64,000 bases of DNA, taken from contig JBFWNU010000001.1 of assembly GCA_050250895.1 (NCBI GenBank), positions 1,774,884 to 1,838,883 on the forward strand, written 5' to 3'. Shown here in pieces: positions 11,057 through 20,246 of the stretch. The stretch's first letter is position 1, and each line of letters begins with the position of its first letter. The position numbers were made by a program, and so were the translations under genes. The DNA comes from Vulcanimicrobiota bacterium (lineage in GTDB: Bacteria; Vulcanimicrobiota; Xenobia; Xenobiales; JADMJV01). Under the pieces are notes generated by a model that was not told where the DNA came from, searched no databases, and saw only the letters and a list, made by a program, of their open reading frames with translations.

Positions 11057-12109
11057 ATGATTCGATTCTCCCCGGCCCAGAGCCAGATCCCCGGTACCCC
11101 AATCTCTCTCAAAGGTGCAACGCCACCCCAGGCGCAAGCCGGCCCTTCGCCCGATCAGTTCGCGGGCTCGATCGAGCCGAGCGAGCAAGCGCTAGCCCCC
11201 GAAGCTTCTAGCAGTCGCAAAGGTTTAGCGGCCGCGGGCATGTTGGCCCTGGCCGCCACCGGTCTGCTGGCCGGCTGTTCGGCCGCGAGCCCCGATACCC
11301 CGGCCGAACCTCCTTCGAGCAGCGTCAGTGTCGACATCGAACTGGCTCACTCCGAGAGCGGATTGGCCGTCGAGATCGTGCCGGTCGACGCCGGGCGCGT
11401 CGACATCCTTCGCCAAACCCAAACCTCGGAAGACGGCAAGACCACCGAGAATCTGCCCTACTCGCCCCTGGGCGTCAATCTCGGTGACGGTCTGTTCTTC
11501 GACTTCAACGGCAACCTTTCGCTGGTTCCCACCCGCGCTTTTGGCGAGGCTCATAGCGGTAGTTTCACTCGGGTCGAGATCGATCCGGCCGGGTGGAACA
11601 ACGAGACCAGCATTAGCATTCGCGACGGTCGCGTGACCGTCAATCCGCCCGGCTTTGGCAACGACACCTCCCTCGATGTGGGTCGCGACGACGTCAAAGT
11701 CGACCCACCAGGCTTCTCGAACGGCTACACCATCTCGCGCAGCGGCAATCGGACCGTCATCGACCCGCCGGGGTGGAACAACGAGATCACCATCACCCAC
11801 GGCTCGAGCGAGATTCGCGTCGACCCTCCAGGATTGGCCAACAGCACCACCATCAGCCGCTCCGAGAATCGCCTCGAGGTCGACCCCCCTGGCTGGGGTC
11901 GTGACCACACGGTGATCACCCGCAGCGGCGGCAAGATCACCATCGATCCCACCGGCTTCTGGAACAGCACCACCATCACCCAGCGCGGCAACCGGACCGA
12001 CTACGACCCGCCCGGCCTCAACAACACGACCTCGGTGACATCCCATGATACCCACACCGATGTCGACCCGCCCGGCTGGAACAACGGCACTACCATCAAC
12101 CACCGGTAG
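11057..12109 (+). CDS. Putative lipoprotein with nine ~20-aa beta-rich DPPG repeats
   Basis: Hydrophobic stretch and lipobox LAGC (Cys74); xxV/IDPPGW/FNNxTTI repeats. Confidence 0.8.
   Translation: MIRFSPAQSQIPGTPISLKGATPPQAQAGPSPDQFAGSIEPSEQALAPEASSSRKGLAAAGMLALAATGLLAGCSAASPDTPAEPPSSSVSVDIELAHSESGLAVEIVPVDAGRVDILRQTQTSEDGKTTENLPYSPLGVNLGDGLFFDFNGNLSLVPTRAFGEAHSGSFTRVEIDPAGWNNETSISIRDGRVTVNPPGFGNDTSLDVGRDDVKVDPPGFSNGYTISRSGNRTVIDPPGWNNEITITHGSSEIRVDPPGLANSTTISRSENRLEVDPPGWGRDHTVITRSGGKITIDPTGFWNSTTITQRGNRTDYDPPGLNNTTSVTSHDTHTDVDPPGWNNGTTINHR
11570..12106 (+). repeat. 60-bp-period degenerate coding repeat (9 units)
   Basis: D/N-P codons recur near 11582, 11642, 11702, 11762, 11822, 11882, 11945, 12005 and 12065. 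Confidence 0.85.
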
Positions 12110-12432
12110 CCGTGGATGAAAACCGCAAAGGCGCTGAGGCGGCAGTGCATCGCGAAGGGTGGGCGCTCGCCTTGGCGAAACCGCGGTGGGTCGCGGAGGA
12201 GTGGGCGTTCGCGATCGGGCAGCCACCGCCGTTTTGAGCATCCCGTTCGAGGTGAAAAATACTAACCCATAAATTCGCCAGGACGCTCACCCCACGCCCC
12301 CCACAACCCTCTCCGTGCCCTCCTGATCTCCGCGGTTGATTTTTCAGGCGCGCCCCACCCACACCGACCGGTGCTTCGACCACGCGCCGAGGGGGCAGTG
12401 TCGCTCGCTCGGCTCGAGCGGTGTTAGGAAGT

Positions 12433-12873
12433 TTATCCGGCCTTCTTTTCCAGACTCTCGATCCTGGCTCGCGCCTCGTCCATTTCTTGCTGCAAGCGCG
12501 CTTGTTCCAACTCCACCGCCGTAACCCGCTGGAGCTGGTCCGTGTCATGGGTTACGAGCATCTCTGTCACCTCGTCAAAACGACAGACGAAGTTGTCAAA
12601 GCGACGCTCCCCTGTGTCAATCCTTTCATTGGTGGCAATCATCACCTGATGGACGTGACCGACGCTTCGATGCATTTCGGCCAAGCCTGTCTGCGTCTGG
12701 GCCAGGGCTCTCTGCATGTCGGCCAAGCCACTTTGGGCCACCTCCAAGCCTTTTTGTAACTGGCCCACTTGCTTCTCGACCGCCTTCATTCCCTCGCTCA
12801 CGCCTCGACGTTCTTCTCGGGCGGCATGTAGTTCGGCTTGGACTTCTCGCAGCTTTTTCTCGATGGGATTCAT
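12433..12873 (-). CDS. Coiled-coil hypothetical protein
   Basis: 146-aa ORF with heptad pattern; TATACT-like -10 just upstream. Confidence 0.7.
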   Translation of the reverse strand: MNPIEKKLREVQAELHAAREERRGVSEGMKAVEKQVGQLQKGLEVAQSGLADMQRALAQTQTGLAEMHRSVGHVHQVMIATNERIDTGERRFDNFVCRFDEVTEMLVTHDTDQLQRVTAVELEQARLQQEMDEARARIESLEKKAG

Positions 12874-13030
12874 AACAGGTTTAGTATAGCGAACGTCGTC
12901 GGCCTAAAACAAGCAGACAAGTCGTGAACCTTTGTCTACGAAAAGTTCGTACAAGAACGTTGTGTTAAAGGGGTTTGCCCCGCGGGTTGGCAGTGGAATG
13001 ACTGAGCACGCCAATTTCTCCGGAGGTTCC

Positions 13031-13855
13031 ATGCCAACGCTCACTTTCGACTGCAGCCACTGGATTTCGCGCGACCGTTACCCGGTTACCGAACTCGATA
13101 GCCCGGCCGGTCAGGCTTTTCTCGAAGACTGCCGCAGCCAGTTTCGCCGGGAAGGAGTGCTCGAGCTCGAGGGCTTCGTGACCTCAGAGTGTCTTGATGC
13201 CCTGGTGGAAGAGTCGACCCGCTACGAGGCGATGGCCTTTCACAGCACCGTCACGGGCAACGCTTATCTCGACCAGGGCGACTCCAATCTGCCGGCCGAC
13301 CACGCTCGCAATCTGACCGAGACCACCACCCTGGGAGTGGTCGCCTACGACCAGCTGCCTGGCGACTCGGTGCTGCGTCGCCTTTACGAGTGGGAGCCGC
13401 TGATGAAGTTCGTGGGAGCGGTGCTCGAGTTGCCGGCCATCTATCGCTATGCCGACCCCATGGGGGCTCTCAACCTGTCGGTGATGACTGAAGGCGAATA
13501 TCTGCGCTGGCACTTCGACCAGAGCGATTTCGTCACGTCGCTGGCCATCCAGTCGGCCGAGCGCGGCGGAGCTTTCGAGTATGTGCCGGCCTTGCGCAGT
13601 GCCGATGACGAGAACTTCGAGGGGGTCAAAGCCATCCTGCAGGGTTCTCGCCAGGGGGTGGGTCTGGTGCCAACCCTGCCCGGCTCGCTGGTGCTCTTTC
13701 GGGGGCGCTACTGCCTGCATCGGGTCACTCCCATCGAGGGCTCGCGCAGCCGCTTGATCGGCTTGCTTTCTTATGACACCGAGCCCGACCGCACCGGCAC
13801 CGACCACCTGCGCCAGATCCGTTATGGGCGCACCACCCCCTACACTCAGGAGTAG
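13031..13855 (+). CDS. Fe(II)/2-oxoglutarate-dependent oxygenase, BesD/HalD-like fold, hydroxylase type (HxD)
   Basis: SD GGAGG; WHFD...GGAFEY...LHRVTP...SRLIGLLSY gives the HxD...H triad and the 2OG-binding Arg. Confidence 0.8.
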   Translation: MPTLTFDCSHWISRDRYPVTELDSPAGQAFLEDCRSQFRREGVLELEGFVTSECLDALVEESTRYEAMAFHSTVTGNAYLDQGDSNLPADHARNLTETTTLGVVAYDQLPGDSVLRRLYEWEPLMKFVGAVLELPAIYRYADPMGALNLSVMTEGEYLRWHFDQSDFVTSLAIQSAERGGAFEYVPALRSADDENFEGVKAILQGSRQGVGLVPTLPGSLVLFRGRYCLHRVTPIEGSRSRLIGLLSYDTEPDRTGTDHLRQIRYGRTTPYTQE

Positions 13856-13858
13856 CCA

Positions 13859-15328
13859 ATGCAGACCATCGAAAACCAGGCCGTGCGCGAATGGGCGCGC
13901 GGTTGGATGAACACGACCCGAGGCGGCTTCGTGGATGGGGCCTGGCTCGAGGGCGGCACGCCCCTGGCCAGCATCAATCCCGAGCACGGCCGCGAGCAGG
14001 CCCACTTTCACGCCACCACCGACCAGCAGCTCGAGCAGGCTGTGGAGGCGGCCAATCGGGCCTTTGCGAGTTGGTCCGGCCTGACCCGCAAAGACCGAGC
14101 GGCTCGCCTGCGGGCCATGGGTGAGGTGGTCCGCTCGCATCGGGCCGAACTGGCCACCCTCGAGAGCCTCGACACCGGCAAGACGTTTCGCGAAGCCTTT
14201 GAAGACGATCTGCCCGACAGTGCCGACATCTTCGACTATTACGCCGGCTGGGTCGACAAGCTGTACGGCGAGACCTGCCCGGTCGAAGAGGGCTTGGTCA
14301 ACTTCACCCGGCACGAGCCGGTGGGGGTGTGTGCCCAGATCGTTCCCTGGAACTTTCCCCTCTTGATGGCCTGCTGGAAGATTGCGCCGGCCCTGGCCAT
14401 GGGCAACACCGTGATCATCAAGCCCAGCGAGCATACCTGCATGAGCCTGGTGCGCCTGTTCGAGTTGCTCGAGGGCGTCTTGCCGGCCGGTGTGCTTAAC
14501 CTGGTGCTGGGCGACGGCCGGGTGGGCGACGCTTTGTGTCGCCACTCTCAGGTGCACAAGGTCGCTTTCACCGGCAGCACGGCCGTGGGGCGCAAAATCC
14601 TGCACGCCGCGGCCGACTCGAACCTCAAGCCCGTAAGCCTCGAACTGGGAGGCAAGTCGCCGGTGGTGATCTTCGAGGATGTCGATCTGAAGGCTTGTCT
14701 TGACCGCTGCTTTCCGGCCATGTTCAGCCACAAAGGCGAAAAATGCAGCGAGCCCACTCGCTTTCTCATCCATCGCAGCCTGTATGCGGCCGCCATCGAG
14801 GACCTGGTCGCCCGGGCCGAGGCGGTGGTCTGCGGCGACCCCTTCGACCCCCACACCCAGCAGGGACCCCAATGCCATCGCGACCACTTCGAGCGGGTGC
14901 TCGATTATATCGAGATCGGCAAAAAAGACGGCGCTCGGCTGGTGGCCGGGGGCGGTCGCCCTCAACTCGAGGGCTTTTTCGTGCGGCCCACCATCTTTGC
15001 CGATGTCACTCCCGAAATGCGCATCTTTCAGGAGGAGATCTTCGGGCCGGTGCTTTGTCTAACGCCGTTTGACCGCGAAGAAGAGGCCATCGCCCTGGCC
15101 AACGCTTCGACCTATGGCCTGGCCGCTGGCGTCTATACTCGGGACGTGTCGCGCGCCCACCGGGTGGCCAACCGCCTCGAAGCCGGCATGGTCTTTGTCA
15201 ATCGCTACGGCTGCTACGACTTCGCCAGCCCCTTCGGCGGCTTCAAGCAAAGCGGCTGGGGCAAAGAGATGGCCATCCATTCGCTGGCCAGCTATACCAG
15301 GCTCAAGTCCATCTGGATCGCCCTTTAG
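13859..15328 (+). CDS. NAD(P)-dependent aldehyde dehydrogenase (betaine/aminoaldehyde-DH-like)
   Basis: PWNFP, FTGST, ELGGKSP, catalytic Cys in GEKC, EEIFGP, PFGGFKQSG. Confidence 0.93.
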   Translation: MQTIENQAVREWARGWMNTTRGGFVDGAWLEGGTPLASINPEHGREQAHFHATTDQQLEQAVEAANRAFASWSGLTRKDRAARLRAMGEVVRSHRAELATLESLDTGKTFREAFEDDLPDSADIFDYYAGWVDKLYGETCPVEEGLVNFTRHEPVGVCAQIVPWNFPLLMACWKIAPALAMGNTVIIKPSEHTCMSLVRLFELLEGVLPAGVLNLVLGDGRVGDALCRHSQVHKVAFTGSTAVGRKILHAAADSNLKPVSLELGGKSPVVIFEDVDLKACLDRCFPAMFSHKGEKCSEPTRFLIHRSLYAAAIEDLVARAEAVVCGDPFDPHTQQGPQCHRDHFERVLDYIEIGKKDGARLVAGGGRPQLEGFFVRPTIFADVTPEMRIFQEEIFGPVLCLTPFDREEEAIALANASTYGLAAGVYTRDVSRAHRVANRLEAGMVFVNRYGCYDFASPFGGFKQSGWGKEMAIHSLASYTRLKSIWIAL

Positions 15329-16807
15329 GTGCGTCACGGCACCTTCTGGCCGCCCTTCGTCTTGTTGGTGGGGGGAGTGGTGGCCACGATGGTCGGTGGC
15401 GCCGATCTGGTGGCCCGTTTGCAGACGGCTGTGCGACTGTGCGTGGCCGGTCTGGCGCCACTTTTTATAGGTACCTCGATGGTGGCCGTGCTGGCCTGCC
15501 TGATCGTCGCTTTCTCGCCATTGGGCTCGCGTCGACTGGGCGGGCCCCAGGCCGAGCGGGTGCTTGCGCCCCTTCAGTATTTTATGGTGGCCCTGTGCAC
15601 CACCGTGGCCGTGGGCATCCTCTTCTGGGCCACGGCCGAGCCGCTCTATCACTTGAAGGCCCCCCCGCTTGGCTTGCAAGAGCATTCACCGGCGGCGGTC
15701 CGCTTTGCCATGGCCACTTTGCTGGTCCACTGGACCCTGATTCCTTACGCCATCTATGCTGTGCCGGCCGTGCTCTTCGCCCTGGTCTTCTACAACCGGG
15801 GCCTCCCCTTTCGCCTGTCCTCGTGCCTGCAGCCGCTGTTTGGGTGGAGCAGCGAGGGCTGGTTGGCCGACCTGGTCGACTCGGTCTGCCTGTTCGCGCT
15901 GGTGGCCGGCATGGCCGCCTCGCTGGGGGCCGGCATTCTCACCCTCTCGGGTGGGGTGGCCCACCTCACCGGGTTGACCAGCGCCTGGCCGATGTGGTTG
16001 GTCATCGGCCTTTTGGTGGTGGCGACCTTCGTGATTTCGGCTGCCTCGGGTCTCGAGCGCGGCATTCGCATTCTCTCGCAGGTCAACACCGTGCTTTTTC
16101 TCGCCATCATCGCCTTCGTGTTTCTGGCCGGACCCACCGCCGCCGAGGTTCGCCTGACCGCGACGGCGGTTTGGGATTTCTTGAGCGGTTTTGTGCGCCG
16201 GGGCCTGCTTCTCGATTTTGCCCCGGGTGACGCCTGGCCCATCGATTGGACTCTGTTCTACTGGTGCAACTGGCTGGCCTGGGCTCCGGTCACGGCCGTC
16301 TTTCTCGGCCGTATCTCGCGGGGCTACACGGTGCGCCAGATGCTGCTCTTTACCTGGATTTTTCCCAGTCTGTTCGTGACCGTCTGGATGGGCGTGCTGG
16401 GGGGCACCTCGGTGGCCTTTGACGCCGACGGCTCGCTCTCGAGGTTGCTGAGCGAGCAGGGCCCCGAAGCGGTCAGCTATGCCATCTTTGCGGCCATGCC
16501 GGCGGCGGGGCTGGTGATTCCGCTGTTTCTGGCCGGGGTGTTCATCTCGTACGTGACCGCGGCCGACTCCAACACCCTGGCCATGGCCGGACTTTGCTCG
16601 ACGGGCATCTCGCCCGATAGCCCCGAGCCGCCGCTCTCGCTGAAGCTGACCTGGGGGGCGGTGGTGGGGGCCGTTTCGCTGGTGATGATTTGCGGGGCCG
16701 GCATCGAAGGGGTCAAGACCCTGTCGAATCTGGGCGGGGTTCCGGCCCTCGGCTTCGAGATGCTGTGCGCGCTGGCCCTGTTGAAGCTGGTCTATGAAGA
16801 TCGTTGA
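15329..16807 (+). CDS. BCCT-family (betaine/carnitine/choline) transporter
   Basis: About 12 TM segments; LFWATAEP, HWTLIPYAIY, WTLFYWCNWLAWAP...GRISRG, TAADS. Confidence 0.9.
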   Translation: MRHGTFWPPFVLLVGGVVATMVGGADLVARLQTAVRLCVAGLAPLFIGTSMVAVLACLIVAFSPLGSRRLGGPQAERVLAPLQYFMVALCTTVAVGILFWATAEPLYHLKAPPLGLQEHSPAAVRFAMATLLVHWTLIPYAIYAVPAVLFALVFYNRGLPFRLSSCLQPLFGWSSEGWLADLVDSVCLFALVAGMAASLGAGILTLSGGVAHLTGLTSAWPMWLVIGLLVVATFVISAASGLERGIRILSQVNTVLFLAIIAFVFLAGPTAAEVRLTATAVWDFLSGFVRRGLLLDFAPGDAWPIDWTLFYWCNWLAWAPVTAVFLGRISRGYTVRQMLLFTWIFPSLFVTVWMGVLGGTSVAFDADGSLSRLLSEQGPEAVSYAIFAAMPAAGLVIPLFLAGVFISYVTAADSNTLAMAGLCSTGISPDSPEPPLSLKLTWGAVVGAVSLVMICGAGIEGVKTLSNLGGVPALGFEMLCALALLKLVYEDR

Positions 16808-17966
16808 AGTGTTGACCAGCCCGGGCTGGGGAGCCTACTACGTCGAGGACCTGGCCGCGTTGCAGGCCCGGCCCACGGCCGAAGTGGACCGTTATCTGGC
16901 CGAGCCGGTCACCCCCTCGTTTCGGCGGGTGCGCGAGCCGGCCGAAGTGCTCTCGGTGGGGTTGCGCCTCGAGGATGGTCGGGTGGCCTGGGGCGACTGC
17001 GTGGGCGTCTCTTATGGCGGCAAGGCCGGGCGCGACCCCGTCTTTCACAGCCAGGCCGCCCAGCTCCCCGAATTGGCCGGGCGCAGTTGGAGCCTCGAAC
17101 AACTGGCCGAACTCGAACTGCCTCAGGCCATCCACTATGGCCTGAGCCAGGCGCTGGTGGCCGCCCAGGCGCTGAGCTGGGGAGTGTCCCAGACCGAGGT
17201 CTGGTGCCGGCTGTTTGACCTGTCCCTGCCCAGCGCCCCGTTGCCCTTGCACGGCTCGAGCGGCAACGCACGCCAGGTCAACGCCGACAAAATGATTTTG
17301 CGCCGGCTGGCTTCGCTGCCCGCCGGCCAGGTCGACGACCTGGAGGCCCAGGTGGGCCACGATGGGCAGCTTTTGCTCGACTATGCCGACTGGCTGCGCG
17401 AGCGCCTCGAGCAACTGGGGGAGCCCGGCTATCGCCCTACCGTTCATCTCGATGTGCACGGTGCGCTGGGCCGCATCTTTGAGGATGACCAGCTGGTGAC
17501 TTTCGTGGCCCGTCTGGCCGATTCCGTGGCTCCTTATCCGCTGCGGCTCGAGAGCCTGGTGGTCGAGGCCAGCCGGCAGGCTCAGATCGAGCGGCTGGGT
17601 CGGCTGAAAGGTCGAGTGGCCGCCGAACTGGTGGTGGACGAGTGGGCCAACACCCTCGAGGACGTGATGGCCTTCGCCCAGGCCGGGGTGGTCGACATGG
17701 TCCACCTTAAGGTGCCCGACCTGGGTAGCTTGCTACACTCGTATCGCGCCGTGGAAGCCTGCCGAGGGCTGGGGGTGAAGACGTTGCTGGGCGGCAGTTG
17801 CATCGAGACCGAAGTCTCGGCCAGGGCCTGCGTGCACCTGGGGCTGGCGGCCCGACCCGATCTGTTGATGTGCAAGCCGGGCATGGGGGTCGACGAGGCC
17901 ATCGTGCTGGTCCACAACGAAATGCAGCGAACCCTGGCCGAGCTCGCCAGCGGGATGTGGCACTAG
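16794..17966 (+). CDS. Methylaspartate ammonia-lyase homolog (enolase superfamily) with divergent active site
   Basis: MKIVEVL, GDCxxVxYxGxAGRDP, HLDVHG, LRLE, LVVDEW, HLKVPDLG, GGSCxET, KPGMGVDE, NEMQR. Confidence 0.88.
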   Translation: MKIVEVLTSPGWGAYYVEDLAALQARPTAEVDRYLAEPVTPSFRRVREPAEVLSVGLRLEDGRVAWGDCVGVSYGGKAGRDPVFHSQAAQLPELAGRSWSLEQLAELELPQAIHYGLSQALVAAQALSWGVSQTEVWCRLFDLSLPSAPLPLHGSSGNARQVNADKMILRRLASLPAGQVDDLEAQVGHDGQLLLDYADWLRERLEQLGEPGYRPTVHLDVHGALGRIFEDDQLVTFVARLADSVAPYPLRLESLVVEASRQAQIERLGRLKGRVAAELVVDEWANTLEDVMAFAQAGVVDMVHLKVPDLGSLLHSYRAVEACRGLGVKTLLGGSCIETEVSARACVHLGLAARPDLLMCKPGMGVDEAIVLVHNEMQRTLAELASGMWH

Positions 17967-18796
17967 CAGTCGATGACTTGATCGAAGCCGATCTCGCCGA
18001 AGGAACGGTCGGTGCGCCGCTTGAGATCCGAGATGGCCTCGGCCAGTTCGCGGCTCACCGACGGTTTGTCGCACAGATGGTGGTAGACGGGCTGGGGCAC
18101 AGCTCGCACCAGCGGCTTGGTGGCCTCGAAGAACTCTTCGGCAGCATAGATCGAGCCGTCCTTGAGCGGGTCGGGAGGGTTGACCAGTTTGATCCAATCT
18201 ACGTCACCGATAGCCACCGGGCCGCCCACGTCCCACTCGATGTAGCGGCCGACCTGCTTGGTTTTTTTCTCCACCAGCAACTTGACCTCGGGCACATTGA
18301 CCCCTCGCCGGCTGTAGCGCCGGGCCAGATCGCCGCGCAACAACATAAATTCCCACATCGCTTCGAGGTCCTCGGAGCGACCCTGATAGACGGCCTTGCC
18401 AGCCTGGGCGGCAGCCCGGTTACGCTCGAACCAATGCGAGAGCAACACCTCGATCGTCGGCTTTTCGACATAAACCGAGCCATCATCGGTGAGCAGGTCC
18501 ATGGACAGACGCAACTCGCGAGCCACGAGGATAGCCACCGGCAAGACTTCGAGCGCGAAGAACGACGGGCGTGGCACCTGGGTCTCGAAAGCCAACCCGA
18601 TCTCGTCGTCGTTCTCGGGAGGGTAGCGCACGAAGCGACACTCTACCGAAGTGTCGACGTTACGGTAGACGATGTGGACTTCATCGCCCTGACGCCGCGG
18701 CGAAGCTAGATTTTCGATTTGCTCGAAGGTTCGGTCGAGCTCTTTGGCTGTGGGCCTTTTACCCTGAGAAGTCAGGTAAAGCAGTTCGAAGAGCAA
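17963..18796 (-). CDS. Hypothetical protein
   Basis: 277-aa ORF, TTG start with AAGGAG SD, globular composition. Confidence 0.75.
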   Translation of the reverse strand: MLFELLYLTSQGKRPTAKELDRTFEQIENLASPRRQGDEVHIVYRNVDTSVECRFVRYPPENDDEIGLAFETQVPRPSFFALEVLPVAILVARELRLSMDLLTDDGSVYVEKPTIEVLLSHWFERNRAAAQAGKAVYQGRSEDLEAMWEFMLLRGDLARRYSRRGVNVPEVKLLVEKKTKQVGRYIEWDVGGPVAIGDVDWIKLVNPPDPLKDGSIYAAEEFFEATKPLVRAVPQPVYHHLCDKPSVSRELAEAISDLKRRTDRSFGEIGFDQVIDC

Positions 18797-18934
18797 ACAG
18801 AATGCTCTCCTTCGTATTCGTATTTCCCGGACGAATGCTGTCAGAAGACTTCGTCCGCTAGCAGCGGATCCCTGCGACGTTTGGGGGACGACCCCACGGG
18901 CAAAATATCAGGTGACATCAAGACAGGAGTAACC

Positions 18935-20245
18935 ATGGCTCGCAAAAAGAAAGCCTCGACCGGCGAACGAGTCGTCATCGTTGACGGCGTAAGAACTCCC
19001 TTCGTTAAAGCCTACACCGACTTCAAAGACATGACGACCGTGGATCTGGCCAAGACGGCCACCCGCGAGTTGCTCGAGCGCACCGAACTCGACCCCGAAG
19101 AAATCGACGAGGTCATCATGGGCTGCGTCCTGCCGTCGGTGCACGCCCCTAACCTGGCTCGCGAAGTGGTGCTTGCCCTGGGTTTGCCCGCCCGTATCGG
19201 TGGCTTCACCCTGGGCCGGGCCTGCGCTTCCAGCGCTCAAGCGGTCATCACCGCGGCCGAGGGCATCCTGGCCGGAGAATACAGCGTGGTCATCGCCGGT
19301 GGCGCCGAGTCGATGTCGAACGTTCCCGTTCCCTACTCGAAGAACGTGGTCGATTCGCTGATGGCCCTGCAGAAAGCCAAGACCATTCCGGGCCGGCTCA
19401 AAGCCTTGACCAGCATCAACCTCGACGCCCTGTTGCCCACGCCGCCCTCCATCGCCGAGTCGGCCACCGGCAAGACCATGGGGCAACACGCCGAGATGAT
19501 GGCGCGCAAGAACAAAATCAGCCGCACCGCTCAGGACGAGTTGGCCCTGGCCAGTCATCAGCGGGCCGCCGCCGCCGCCGAGGCCGGCAAGACGGGGGAA
19601 GAGGTGGTCACCGTCTACCCCGCCCCGGCTTTCTCGCCCGTCGACAACGACAACTTCGTGCGCGGCGATACCAGCCTCGAGAAGCTGGGTGAACTCAAGC
19701 CGGCTTTCGACAAACGCTACGGCACTCTGACCGCCGGCAACTCGAGCGGCCTCACCGATGGTGCCGCCGTGGTGCTGGTGATGTCCGAGAGCAAGGCCAA
19801 AGAACTCGGCTTCGAGCCGTTGGCGGTGGTCAGGTCCTGGTCGACCTGCTCGCTCGACCCGGCCGATCAGTTGCTGCTCGGACCGGCCCTGGCTATACCC
19901 GAGGCGCTCGACAAAGCTGGTCTGGGCCTGGAAGAGATGGATTTGATCGATCTGCACGAGGCTTTCGCCGCTCAGGTGTTATCGGTCACCCAGGCGCTCG
20001 AATCAGTCGACTTCGCCCGTGAGCGGCTGGGTCGCGACGAGCCGGTCGGCAAAATCGACCGCGAGAAACTCAACGTCAACGGGGGCTCCATTGCCCTGGG
20101 TCATCCGTTCGGAGCCACCGGGGCCCGCATGATCCTGATGATGGCCAAAGAACTCAAGCGCCGCAAGGCCAAATACGCCTGCCTGTCGCTATGTGCTGCT
20201 GGAGGGATGGGAACCGCCCTCATTCTGGAAGGAATGGAGAACTAA
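18935..20245 (+). CDS. fadI: 3-ketoacyl-CoA thiolase (FadI type)
   Basis: RACAS catalytic Cys, HEAFAAQ, GGSIALGHPFGATG, LCAAGG; SD AGGAG. Confidence 0.9.
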   Translation: MARKKKASTGERVVIVDGVRTPFVKAYTDFKDMTTVDLAKTATRELLERTELDPEEIDEVIMGCVLPSVHAPNLAREVVLALGLPARIGGFTLGRACASSAQAVITAAEGILAGEYSVVIAGGAESMSNVPVPYSKNVVDSLMALQKAKTIPGRLKALTSINLDALLPTPPSIAESATGKTMGQHAEMMARKNKISRTAQDELALASHQRAAAAAEAGKTGEEVVTVYPAPAFSPVDNDNFVRGDTSLEKLGELKPAFDKRYGTLTAGNSSGLTDGAAVVLVMSESKAKELGFEPLAVVRSWSTCSLDPADQLLLGPALAIPEALDKAGLGLEEMDLIDLHEAFAAQVLSVTQALESVDFARERLGRDEPVGKIDREKLNVNGGSIALGHPFGATGARMILMMAKELKRRKAKYACLSLCAAGGMGTALILEGMEN

Positions 20246-20246
20246 G

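Noticed and set aside
13031-13855. Possible BesD-type halogenase
   Set aside because: The iron motif is HFD with the carboxylate retained; halogenases have HxG/A.
13184-14965. 593-aa antisense ORF over the oxygenase and ALDH (likewise 23982-25589, 39164-40501 and 57627-59714)
   Set aside because: These are shadow ORFs expected opposite high-GC coding genes and show no independent motifs.
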